From positions 480,001-544,000 of the forward strand of contig CAWBAT010000008.1 of NCBI GenBank assembly GCA_963786955.1: 64,000 nt of DNA, written 5' to 3'. Positions 8,759-18,109 of this stretch are shown in pieces (within the stretch, counting starts at the first letter, position 1; each line of letters opens with the position of its first letter). A model generated the notes under the pieces. It saw only the letters and a program-made list of their open reading frames with translations. It was not told the DNA's origin and ran no database searches. Both the position numbers and the translations under genes were made by a program. The stretch is from an uncultured Acidimicrobiia bacterium. Lineage in GTDB: Bacteria; Acidobacteriota; Terriglobia; Versatilivoradales; Versatilivoraceae.

Positions 8759-10828
8759 ATGGCAAAAAGAAGTTCAGGAGTTCGACCCCATGTAAGATGC
8801 GGGATTGATACCGGTGGCACCTTTACGGACCTGGTCGGTTTGGACGAGACGACTGGAGATCTCATCATCGCCAAATTTCCGTCCTCTCGGAATGTCCCGG
8901 TCCGCTCCATTGTGGGTGTCATCAAGGAATCGGGAATCGAGACCCGAAACATATCGTCGCTCGTCCTTGGGACCACGCTTGGCCTCAATGCGCTTCTCCA
9001 GCGGAATGGCGCCACGTTGATATACGTAACAACGAAGGGTTTTGAGGATGTGCTTTTCATCCAGAGGATGAACAGGCGCTACCACTATTCCTACGAATGG
9101 GTCAAGCCGACGCCATTAGTTGAGAGGCGCAACTGCCTTGGCGTTGAAGAGCGAACCGACGCGCGAGGAAAGGTCCTGGTGCCTCTTGGCGCTAAGGAAA
9201 TGAAAAGACTCGCCGGAATGATTGCCGAGCGCCTGAGGCAATATCGCGGTCAAGAAGTGGCGATCGCCATCTGTCTGCTCTTCTCGTACCTAAACCCACA
9301 GCATGAGATCTCTCTGAAAAAGTATTTGGAATCCAGATTCCCTGATGTTCCCCTTTCAGTCTCTCACGAAGTCGCCCCTATTTGGCGGGAGTACGAGCGT
9401 GGTTCAACGACGGTGGCGGATGCCTACGTCAAGCCGATTCTTCGCCGTTACGTCACGAGCGTACGCGAAAGCCTCAGGAGTCTCGGGCCTCAACGGCCCT
9501 GGACGGTCATGAAATCCAACGGTGGGCAGGCAACTGCGAAAGCTGTTGAGGGCCAGCCCGTTAACATCCTATTGTCCGGACTGAGCGGGGGCATCATCGG
9601 CGCAAAGTATTTTGCCAATCTTGTCGGGGAAGCAAATCTAATCACACTCGACATGGGCGGGACCAGTTGCGACGTGGGCTTGGTTCAGAATGGTGCTCTT
9701 TCTTACGTCACGAACTATGAAGTGGAATGGGGCGTGCCGATCAGCGCTCCGTTCGTTGATGTGATCTCCATCGGGGCCGGCGGCGGAAGCATCGCCTGGG
9801 TTGATAAAGGGGGATTCCTGCGCGTGGGACCGCAAAGTGCAGGGGCTGAGCCCGGGCCAGCGTGCTACGACCAGGGTGGTATGGAAGCAACCGTTACCGA
9901 TGCAAACCTCGTACTGGGCAGGTTGAACCCGGAATACTTTCTGGGCGGGAAGATGAAGTTGAACAGCACCAAAGCCAAAAGCGCCGTCACTCAGCTTGGG
10001 CGGAGGCTAGGCATGGACTGCGCGGAAACGGGCCAGGCGATCCTCGATGTTGCCGACGAAAACATGGCCAACGCGATTCGCCTGATGTCAGTGGAACGGG
10101 GTCTCGACCCACGTGATTTTGCGTTGGTGTCGTTCGGCGGGGCAGGACCGCTTCACACGGAGGGGATTGCCGAGAAGATTGGAATGGGCCGGATCATCGT
10201 TCCTCTCTACCCGGGCCTCTGCTCCGCGTTTGGTGCTCTAATTGCCGATTTTAAAGTCGACAAGATTTTGAGCCAGCACTTCAGGTCAACAGAAATAAAG
10301 GCTGAGACCGTCGAAAGGTTTTTCAAGAAAATGCTGACCGCGGCTCTGACGGAACTACGCCAGGACGGATTCAAAGGCAGGCCTATCGTGCAGCGGTCCA
10401 TCAGCATGCGTTACGCCGGGCAAAACTATGAGCATGATGTCAGAGTAAAGAGCGGACCCATCACTCCGTGGACACTCCAAACCATTTTTGAGGCTTTCCA
10501 CAAACTGCATGAACAATTCTACGGATACTCCATCAGCCGGGAGGTTATCGAACTTATCCGGTTCAATGTGAGTGTGATTGGGCCGTCGAAAATGCCCACA
10601 CTGAAGAAGATTCCGAGCGGCAGGATCCCACCGCCCACTCAGACACGCGCGGTCTATTTTAGAGGCAAAGGCTTTATCCCGTGTCCGGTTTATAGCCGGG
10701 CGCTTCTCCTCAGTAAGTGTGAGCTGAAAGGGCCTGCGGTTGTTGAGGAACCGGACTCGACAATTCTACTCCATCCCGGTAACAGGCTTCGTGTGGACAG
10801 CCAGGGGGTCATCACGGTCACGCTATGA
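8759..10828 (+). CDS. hyuA: Hydantoinase A / 5-oxoprolinase family ATP-binding subunit
   Basis: GIDTGGTFTD, DMGGTSCD, SIGAGGGSIA, GPQSAGAEPGPACY, TVTDANLVLG and FGGAGPLH motifs. The symbol is family-level only. Confidence 0.92.
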   Translation: MAKRSSGVRPHVRCGIDTGGTFTDLVGLDETTGDLIIAKFPSSRNVPVRSIVGVIKESGIETRNISSLVLGTTLGLNALLQRNGATLIYVTTKGFEDVLFIQRMNRRYHYSYEWVKPTPLVERRNCLGVEERTDARGKVLVPLGAKEMKRLAGMIAERLRQYRGQEVAIAICLLFSYLNPQHEISLKKYLESRFPDVPLSVSHEVAPIWREYERGSTTVADAYVKPILRRYVTSVRESLRSLGPQRPWTVMKSNGGQATAKAVEGQPVNILLSGLSGGIIGAKYFANLVGEANLITLDMGGTSCDVGLVQNGALSYVTNYEVEWGVPISAPFVDVISIGAGGGSIAWVDKGGFLRVGPQSAGAEPGPACYDQGGMEATVTDANLVLGRLNPEYFLGGKMKLNSTKAKSAVTQLGRRLGMDCAETGQAILDVADENMANAIRLMSVERGLDPRDFALVSFGGAGPLHTEGIAEKIGMGRIIVPLYPGLCSAFGALIADFKVDKILSQHFRSTEIKAETVERFFKKMLTAALTELRQDGFKGRPIVQRSISMRYAGQNYEHDVRVKSGPITPWTLQTIFEAFHKLHEQFYGYSISREVIELIRFNVSVIGPSKMPTLKKIPSGRIPPPTQTRAVYFRGKGFIPCPVYSRALLLSKCELKGPAVVEEPDSTILLHPGNRLRVDSQGVITVTL

Positions 10829-12543
10829 GAAAGAAAACTAAGGCTACGCACATGGACATGGTCACGCTGACCGTCATCAACAATGCTTTGGTGAATATTT
10901 GCCGCGAAATGGGGACGGCGATGATGCGGACTAGCTACTCCCCCATTTTTAACGAAGCTTTGGACTTCTCTTGCGTCATCTTCAACCCCCGCGGCGAGAT
11001 GATCGGCCAAGCCGAGTTTTGTCCCACAATGCTCGGCTCAGCCCAGTATGCCGTGAAGTGGACGATTGAAGAACTGGGCCTCGATTCTTTCCAGCGGGGC
11101 GATGTGGTCATTCACAACGATCCCTATCGCGGTCAATGTCATATGCCGGAGCACATGGTGCTGAAGCCCGTGTTCTTTGACAATCAACTGCGGTTTTTCG
11201 TTGCCAACATTGCCCACGTCGGTGAAATCGGCGGAATGGCTCCGGGTTCATTCGCGGCTGACGCCACGGAAGTTTATCAGGAAGGACTGCGACTTCCACC
11301 CATCAAGATCATGAAACGCGGTGAATATGTTCAGGACGTGTGGAAGATCATCCTCAGCAATCACCGGACACCGAAATCGAGTTGGGGCGACCTGCATGCG
11401 ATGATTGGCTCGCTCAGTATCGCCGAAAACCGGTTGATAAAGCTTTTGGAGCGATATGGAACAAAGTTCCTGGCAGCCGCGTCCGACCGGCTGCTTGACT
11501 ACTCCGAGCGTTGGATGCGAGCCGAAATCCGTGAAATTCCAAACGGCGTCTATCGAGCCAGCGACTGTTTAGAAGACGACGGCATCACGAACCAGCCGGT
11601 TTGGATGCGCCTGAAGCTCATCGTGAGAGATGACGAGATCATTGCCGATTGGACGGATTCCGATCCTCAAGCGCGAGGTCCCATCAATGCAACCTATGTT
11701 GTGACGGCGGCTGCGACCTACAGTGGCGTGCTGCATGTGACCAACAAGGAAATTCCTCGCAACTCCGGATGCTACCGTCCGATCCGCGTCTTGACCAAGC
11801 CCGGGACGTTGGTCAACGTCCGCCATCCCGGTCCCTCCGTGGGAGGGAACACAGAGACTCACCCTCATATCCAGAATGTTGTGGTTTCGGCGCTCAGCCA
11901 AGCCATCCCGGAACGCACTGCGGCTGCCGAAGGCGCTAGCGCTTGCAACTTTCTTTTTGGCGGGATTCATCCTGAAACGGGCGAGTACTACACGAACTAC
12001 CACTTTGAAGGATGTGGTTGGGGAGCGACGGTCACGCACGATGGAAACTCCGTAATGTGTCCAGTCAACGGCAACTGCCGCAATACCCCCGTGGAGGTAT
12101 TTGAAACCAAATATCCGTTTCTCACTCTCGAGTACTCCATGCGGAAAGATTCCGGCGGCGCAGGAATGCACCGTGGAGGTTTGGGGAGTAAGCGAAGGTT
12201 GCGGGTGATGGCTCCAGAAATTACCGTTAGTGCTCTGCTCGACAGGACGAGAACTCACGCGTGGGGATTGTTCAGCGGTGGCGACGGCGCGAGCGCTAAA
12301 TTGCTAGTTAAGAAGAGAGGTGACAGGCAGTTTCGAACCTTCTCAGAGGCTTTCGGAACCATCTCCGACACCAAGTTTACGCGTATTCTGTTGAAAGAGG
12401 GGGATGAAGTCATCATCGAGTCACCGGGCGGCGGCGGCTATGGTGATTCAGCGAAACGTCCAACCAAAAACATTAAAGAGGACATCCAGCAACGCTATAC
12501 CTCAGAAAAGGCTGCGCGAAAGCACTATGCATACAAAGGTTAA
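10825..12543 (+). CDS. hyuB: Hydantoinase B / 5-oxoprolinase family subunit
   Basis: RTSYSPIFNEALDFSC, NDPY..CH.PE, AHVGEIGG, YQEGLRLPP, NTPVE, DSGGAG..RGG and PGGGGYG motifs. ATGA overlap with hyuA. Confidence 0.92.
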   Translation: MRKKTKATHMDMVTLTVINNALVNICREMGTAMMRTSYSPIFNEALDFSCVIFNPRGEMIGQAEFCPTMLGSAQYAVKWTIEELGLDSFQRGDVVIHNDPYRGQCHMPEHMVLKPVFFDNQLRFFVANIAHVGEIGGMAPGSFAADATEVYQEGLRLPPIKIMKRGEYVQDVWKIILSNHRTPKSSWGDLHAMIGSLSIAENRLIKLLERYGTKFLAAASDRLLDYSERWMRAEIREIPNGVYRASDCLEDDGITNQPVWMRLKLIVRDDEIIADWTDSDPQARGPINATYVVTAAATYSGVLHVTNKEIPRNSGCYRPIRVLTKPGTLVNVRHPGPSVGGNTETHPHIQNVVVSALSQAIPERTAAAEGASACNFLFGGIHPETGEYYTNYHFEGCGWGATVTHDGNSVMCPVNGNCRNTPVEVFETKYPFLTLEYSMRKDSGGAGMHRGGLGSKRRLRVMAPEITVSALLDRTRTHAWGLFSGGDGASAKLLVKKRGDRQFRTFSEAFGTISDTKFTRILLKEGDEVIIESPGGGGYGDSAKRPTKNIKEDIQQRYTSEKAARKHYAYKG

Positions 12544-12751
12544 GTCCATCGGGCCGCTGCAGGGACATTGGGAAGAGAACAAGACCAACTGGCACGAACA
12601 GAAGATGGTCTATTGCGAAGCTTGCGGCGTGCTCATTCCGAAGAGACTATGGGTCGTCGAGGTGAACGGCAAGAGGCACGATTTCTGCGGCAGAGATTGC
12701 GCGAGGCTTTACCGAGAGTTATCACGGCCGGGCATCAAGCACAGCAAATAG
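12527..12751 (+). CDS. 74 aa Cys-rich metal-binding protein (CxxC...FCxxxC, TRASH/YHS-like), probable accessory subunit of the hydantoinase/oxoprolinase
   Basis: The ATG at 12527 overlaps the hyuB 3' end. Sequence YCEACGVLI...HDFCGRDCARLY. It fills the gap before the next gene exactly. Confidence 0.7.
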   Translation: MHTKVKSIGPLQGHWEENKTNWHEQKMVYCEACGVLIPKRLWVVEVNGKRHDFCGRDCARLYRELSRPGIKHSK

Positions 12752-12794
12752 GAAACGACGAATCTTGTTTGTGGGATCCGGTGAGGATATCAAA

Positions 12795-15443
12795 GTGGAC
12801 GCGACCACTCGAAAGAAGATTGCGATTGAATGGAAGGGCGGGAAGCCCAGGGGACGCATCCGCGTCACCGACGGGAATCTCGTCAGTGCCCAGGTGTCTC
12901 AAGGGCAGGGGTCTATCGAGGGCAGAAATCAATTCGCGAGCTTCGAGGACTCCCCATTTCGGATCGAGGCGACCATCGAGGGGATCTTACGCCAGTATGG
13001 TCCCGGTTCGACCATCGTCACGATATCGGCCGAGACTCAAGGCTTCAGCTTCTTCCTGCGGGATGTCAATTCCGAATCGCCCATCTTGATTCCAGATTAC
13101 GGCGTTCTAGTCACGACTGGAGATGACAAGAGATCGTTTTTGGAAGTTTGGAGTGCAGTGAACGCCCGTGGATTACGAACCCGACTACAGCAGATGGAGG
13201 CTGAACCTGAAGAGTCTTTTGAAGCAGCTCAAGAGAAAGTTCGGCGGATGCGCTGCCCAACCTGGCTAGGCCTGAGCCGGGATATGCGGATTTTTGCGAT
13301 GAGTGAGAGGCTGGAGTGGGTTCAGCCACAGTTCCATGGGTTTGAGGTTCCTTTGCCGGAAAACCATGATAAGCCGTGCCGCTATGACTTTCAGATGGGA
13401 CGCGGTTGGGGAGTTGTCGATGAGATTGAGCGCTCTCTGGAAGACGGCGTTCTGCCAATTCTGCAGGGGACTTTGGTGGACGATGATATCCGATACGACT
13501 TGACTGCCTTCGTTTCGATGGAGAAGGGGACGCAGCCCTTGCGTGGCACACATTTCCTGGTCGCTGATGGACATAGCAGAGGCCATATGTTCACTGAGGA
13601 ACAGGGCCGCCAGTTTGAGTCGCTCCTCTCGGAAGAGATGAATCGGGATGAAGAGACCGTCTTCTTCATGCGCATCATAGCCACCAACACGGCTCCCTCC
13701 CTTCGTTACGCTTTCTTCAGAAATGTCGCTCCAACAACCATGGTCACGGTGCCGGTCATGGGCATTATTGAAGCTCCATCGCCCGAGTGGAATTTTGATG
13801 GAAATAAAGGATTCGGAGTCTATGAGAGTGGCAGGGTGTTCTCTATTTCGAAACTCAATGGAAACCCCCTAGCGCATGAAGAAGTCACAATCCTGTTGAA
13901 GCCAGGCGAAATGGCTAGTTTCGAGGTCTTTCTCCCACATCGTCCCATCTCCCACGATCGTGCCGTTACGCTGGCCGGCAGCAACTTTGTCAATCGCCAT
14001 CAGGAATGCCGAGCATTTTGGACGGGAAAGCTAAACTCAGCCGCGAAACTTGACCTGCCCGAACGGCGTATGAAAGAGATGATCCAGGCAGGGTTATTGC
14101 ATTTGGATCTGGTGACTTACGGCCACGAACCGGATGGGACTCTTGCGGCCACTATTGGCGTTTACCCTCCAATTGGTTCTGAAAGTGCTCCGATCATCCA
14201 ATTCATGGACTCTATGGGATGGCATGATACAGCTCGCAGGGCTTTGATGTACTTTCTCGATAAGCAGCATGACGACGGACTCATACAAAACTTTGGCGGT
14301 TTTATGCTAGAGACCGGGGCTGCGTTATGGAGCATTGGCGAACACTATCGCTACACCCATGATGACCGGTGGGTGAAGGAGATTGCTTCCAAGCTGACTC
14401 GGTCATGTGAGTTTATCCTTAGATGGCGCCAAAGGAACCAGCGTGAGGACTTACTAGGGAAGGGCTTCGGCATGATGGAGGGGAAAGTCGCGGACCCAGA
14501 GGATCCCTTTCGCGCGTTCATGCTGAATGGGTATGCCTACCTGGGCTTAAGTCGGATGGCTGAAGTATTGGCGCAAACGGATCCTGATGCTGCGCTTAAA
14601 TGGAGGACCGAGGCGGAGGGACTTAAAAAGGACATTCGAAGGGCTTTTTTCGAATCCATGGAGGATTCTCCCGTAGTTCCTCTGGGCGATGGTACCTGGT
14701 GTCCTACAGCTCCACCTTGGGTCGAGTACCGTGGACCCTTGATGCTTTATGCTGAGGGCGGCCGATGGTTCACCCACGGGGCGATGGTGACTCGTGATTC
14801 AATGCTTGGCCCCCTGTATCTGGCATTCCAGGAGGTTCTCGAACCCACGGAGATAGCTGCGAGCTTCTTGCTGAACTTTCAATGTGAATTCATGATCAAG
14901 CGCAACGTGGCTTTCAGCCAACCGTATTACAGCCGGCATCCCGTGATTCATCTCAGGCGTGGCGAGGTAAAGTCCTTCTTAAAGGCATACTACAATACGC
15001 TGGCAAGTTTGGCTGACCGGGAGACCTACACCTTTTGGGAACATTACTTCGGAGCGAGCCCGCACAAAACGCATGAGGAATCTTGGTTCCTCATGGAAAC
15101 TCGATGGATGCTCTACATGGAACGAGGGAAGACTCTCGAGTTGCTCCAGGGAATTCCTCGATCTTATCTCGAGAATGGAAAGCGCATTGAGCTTGAGCGA
15201 GTTATTAGCTACTTTGGTCCAATCTCTTTGCGTGTGGAATCAAAACCGGACCGCATTGAGGCGATCGTGGAGTGTGCGTCGGATCGGCGACCACAACGGG
15301 TAAAGCTGCGGTTACCTCATCCCGAAGGACATATACCGGCATCAGTGGAAGGTGGTACCTACGATCAGAACACAGAAAATGTTTTGATTGAACCGTTCAA
15401 TGGCTGGATCAAGGTTGTCTTAACATTTAAAAGGTCAAACTGA
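12795..15443 (+). CDS. Large six-hairpin (alpha/alpha)6 glycosidase-like protein, cytoplasmic
   Basis: GTG start after gagga. Helical-barrel motifs (ETGAALWSIGEHYRYTHD..W, NGYAYLGL..MAEVL, TYTFWEH...PH) and a C-terminal LLQGIP..L..GK.I......YFG.ISL segment. Exact family unresolved. Confidence 0.65.
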   Translation: MDATTRKKIAIEWKGGKPRGRIRVTDGNLVSAQVSQGQGSIEGRNQFASFEDSPFRIEATIEGILRQYGPGSTIVTISAETQGFSFFLRDVNSESPILIPDYGVLVTTGDDKRSFLEVWSAVNARGLRTRLQQMEAEPEESFEAAQEKVRRMRCPTWLGLSRDMRIFAMSERLEWVQPQFHGFEVPLPENHDKPCRYDFQMGRGWGVVDEIERSLEDGVLPILQGTLVDDDIRYDLTAFVSMEKGTQPLRGTHFLVADGHSRGHMFTEEQGRQFESLLSEEMNRDEETVFFMRIIATNTAPSLRYAFFRNVAPTTMVTVPVMGIIEAPSPEWNFDGNKGFGVYESGRVFSISKLNGNPLAHEEVTILLKPGEMASFEVFLPHRPISHDRAVTLAGSNFVNRHQECRAFWTGKLNSAAKLDLPERRMKEMIQAGLLHLDLVTYGHEPDGTLAATIGVYPPIGSESAPIIQFMDSMGWHDTARRALMYFLDKQHDDGLIQNFGGFMLETGAALWSIGEHYRYTHDDRWVKEIASKLTRSCEFILRWRQRNQREDLLGKGFGMMEGKVADPEDPFRAFMLNGYAYLGLSRMAEVLAQTDPDAALKWRTEAEGLKKDIRRAFFESMEDSPVVPLGDGTWCPTAPPWVEYRGPLMLYAEGGRWFTHGAMVTRDSMLGPLYLAFQEVLEPTEIAASFLLNFQCEFMIKRNVAFSQPYYSRHPVIHLRRGEVKSFLKAYYNTLASLADRETYTFWEHYFGASPHKTHEESWFLMETRWMLYMERGKTLELLQGIPRSYLENGKRIELERVISYFGPISLRVESKPDRIEAIVECASDRRPQRVKLRLPHPEGHIPASVEGGTYDQNTENVLIEPFNGWIKVVLTFKRSN

Positions 15444-15477
15444 ACGGGGAGACTGTGACTGGTACTGAATTCGAATA

Positions 15478-15552
15478 TGGGAGCCGGTGTCCTCACCGGC
15501 GACCTTGGCTTCTGGAGATATCTATGTCGCCTGCCGGAGACAGGCTCCCACA
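15478..15552. repeat. REP-like inverted pair (tgggagccggtgtcctcaccggcgac ... gtcgcctgccggagacaggctcccaca)
   Basis: Two hairpin units in inverted orientation with TGGGAGCC/GGCTCCCA ends, intergenic. Confidence 0.6.
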
Positions 15553-15601
15553 TTCTCAATAATAGTAACTACGACCAAATCTATCGGGAGAAAGGAATAT
15601 C

Positions 15602-16777
15602 GTGGAAATACGCAAGACAACCTCAGTTTCTGTTCTTTCAGAAAATCTGAGAAAGAAGATTGTTGATTTTAGATTGAGGCTGGCCATGGTTCACGCAGGT
15701 TATCCGGACCCATCTACCGGCTATCCACCCATGTCCAGTGAGTGGGGAGTGTTTCCGCAAGCTCCTGTCGTGCGCTCAACAGCTTTCTACGGCAGCGAGG
15801 CTTTTTCCTACAACCATCACCAGTCGCTTACCAAGTTTAAGGGAAGGTACGTGGTTTCCTGGAGTAGCGGATTGAAACATGAAGACCACCCGGGCCAGGA
15901 AATTCACTACTCAACATCCTCCAACGGTCTAGACTGGGAAAAGGAAAAGGTGCTGGTACACTCGGATCCAGACTCAAGAATCGTCAGACACAACCACGGA
16001 ATCTATGCGACGGAGACACATCTATATATGTTGGTTGGTGTCTGTAATACACGCGGGAATACCCAGCTGGGGATGTGTTCCATGGATGCTGAGAGGCTGT
16101 GGATCGATGTGTATGAAACTGAAGACTTGCAGATTTGGAAACATCATGAACGGATCACAGACAGGGTTTATTCCTTTGAGGAGCCGCGTCTGACTCGGTC
16201 TGGTAAATTGTTGTGCTTCGGGGCAGCTATCGATGATTGGGGACAAGGTTTAGTTCTTCTTTGGGATAAGGGAGCAAAGCCGACCGACATTCCGCGAACG
16301 ATAAAGATCCCCAAAACCGACGGTCTCGAGCCTTTGCAGGGAAGCTGGTACCAGACTGAGGATGGCAAAATCTGGCTGTTTTTGAGAGATGGCAGCTTTT
16401 CGTGCCGTCTAGCCTTAACTTGGAGTGAGGATGAGGGGGAAACTTGGTCAAAACCACTGCTGACGGATTTTCCCAATTCGAGCTCCCGTGTTTACGCGGG
16501 CAGGCTTGATGACGGCCGGTACTATCTCGCGGGCAATAATTTTGACCGGCTGCTGGAGCGTCGGTTCCTGCTGCTGGCCGTGAGTGAAAATGGGCAAACG
16601 TTTGACAACATGTACACGATTGTGTCTGGCGAGACTACCAGAAGGATAGAGGGAAAACATAAAGAGGATGGATATCACTATCCGAATTGCTATGTCGATA
16701 AGGGCAAACTATTTGTAACTTACTCGGTGAACAAGGAAAATATTGAGGTCGCCGAGATTGACACAAAGAGAATGTGA
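15602..16777 (+). CDS. BNR/Asp-box sialidase-like beta-propeller protein
   Basis: Asp boxes SSNGLDW, SEDEGETW and SENGQTF; C-terminal GYHYP...YSVNKE motif. RBS aaagga followed by GTG. Confidence 0.78.
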   Translation: MEIRKTTSVSVLSENLRKKIVDFRLRLAMVHAGYPDPSTGYPPMSSEWGVFPQAPVVRSTAFYGSEAFSYNHHQSLTKFKGRYVVSWSSGLKHEDHPGQEIHYSTSSNGLDWEKEKVLVHSDPDSRIVRHNHGIYATETHLYMLVGVCNTRGNTQLGMCSMDAERLWIDVYETEDLQIWKHHERITDRVYSFEEPRLTRSGKLLCFGAAIDDWGQGLVLLWDKGAKPTDIPRTIKIPKTDGLEPLQGSWYQTEDGKIWLFLRDGSFSCRLALTWSEDEGETWSKPLLTDFPNSSSRVYAGRLDDGRYYLAGNNFDRLLERRFLLLAVSENGQTFDNMYTIVSGETTRRIEGKHKEDGYHYPNCYVDKGKLFVTYSVNKENIEVAEIDTKRM

Positions 16778-16800
16778 GCTGCGGTTGTTCTGCTTTGGGC

Positions 16801-18074
16801 ATGAATGAGATGAATCAGCATCTAACAAAACCATTGGTATCAAACTCAAGCGCCCAGCCAATCTGGAAGGACCCAGTGATCTGGTTCATTCTGGGTTTGT
16901 ACTTTGTCAGTACCTGTATCGTAAGTTTTCTCCCTGTCACCTTCCCGATTTTCAAAAAGGTTTTCGGCTCGACTTTGGAACAATTGGGCCGCATTCAGGT
17001 GTGCTATTACGGAAGTGCGGTCGTCTTTACTCTCGGGGGTGGGTGGTTCGTTAACCGCATGGGGTATAGACGCGCCACCGCCATTGCGTTAGCAGATATT
17101 GCGGCCTCGTTGGTCCTCATTGGCAGTGCTCAATCCTATGCGACGGTTCTCGTGGGTGCGTTTTGCTTCGGGTTGGGTGTTTTGTCGATTGCTGTCGCGA
17201 CGGCCTCAATAATTGGAGAGCACTTTAGTGCCCTACGACAGAGACTTTTTTTTCTGCAAGGGATTTGCGGTTCCGCCGGAAACATACTCGGTCCCGCTGC
17301 GTTGGGATGGTGGCTGGGGAACGTGGAGCGCCTCGGAAAAAGCTGGAGGGCCGGTTACTTCGGCACTGCACTCATTATTAGCCTATTGATTCTTTGGCCT
17401 TTGCTGCTTCGATCCAAGACCCTAGTCGAAGAAAGTAAGGATATCAAGGTCGCCCCGAGTGGGCACAAGTTTAGCGGTTAAGTCTATCCTTTACCATCCT
17501 GCCATGTACATGATTGTTTTACTGACATTTTCCACGGGATAACCGAAGGAGGAATGATTTCGTTTGTTGGACAGTTGTACCAGAAAAAGCTTGGTGTGGG
17601 ACCAGCCGAGGCAGCCTATTTTTTGAGTTCCCATGCTGCAGGATTCTTGGCTGGCCGTTCCCTGCTGAGTTGGATTGCTGCCCACTGGAAAATTCAAGAA
17701 CTGGCGCTCCTATCGGCTTGTGCGGCAGGCGGAACCATTTTCTTTGCCGCAACCATTCTTTCCTCAGATTATTTCTGGGGTGTCGTCTTTATGGGTCTTG
17801 CAGGCGTTTGCGTGTCAGGCAACGGTCCTTCCCTCAACTCCTATCTAGCATTGCGCTTTACAAACCAAGCCAAGAGCGCGTTTTCCTTGATGAGTGGAAT
17901 TAGCTATATCGGTGGGGCTGTGGGCCCATATCTGATCGGATACTTCGGCACCGATTTGGTCTAGAAAATAGTATCTGGATCAACCCGCTGTTCAGCTTCG
18001 CCTTGGCTGTATCAGCCCTCCTATGGTTTCTTAGGACAAGGTCAGCAGGAGTTGGGTTTCCGCTCGGGCGTTGA
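16801..18074 (+). pseudogene. MFS transporter, paralog of 46609..47856, interrupted by three frameshifts (pseudogene or read error)
   Basis: Homology to the intact paralog changes frame near 17465 (to ..HPAMY..), 17530 (to FHGITEGGM) and 17952 (to RFGLENSIWINPLFS...*18074). Confidence 0.8.
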
Positions 18075-18109
18075 GTTGATTGGACATCACCGTACTGGAG
18101 ACGATCACC

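Noticed and set aside
12568-13089. Alternative 173 aa ORF after hyuB
   Set aside because: Arg/Ser/Pro-rich non-coding-like composition, and it overlaps two better-supported genes.
17479-17481. Stop-codon readthrough joining the two in-frame MFS halves
   Set aside because: The stop is TAA, and homology to the paralog (HPAMY vs NPAMY) lies in another frame, so compensating indels explain it.
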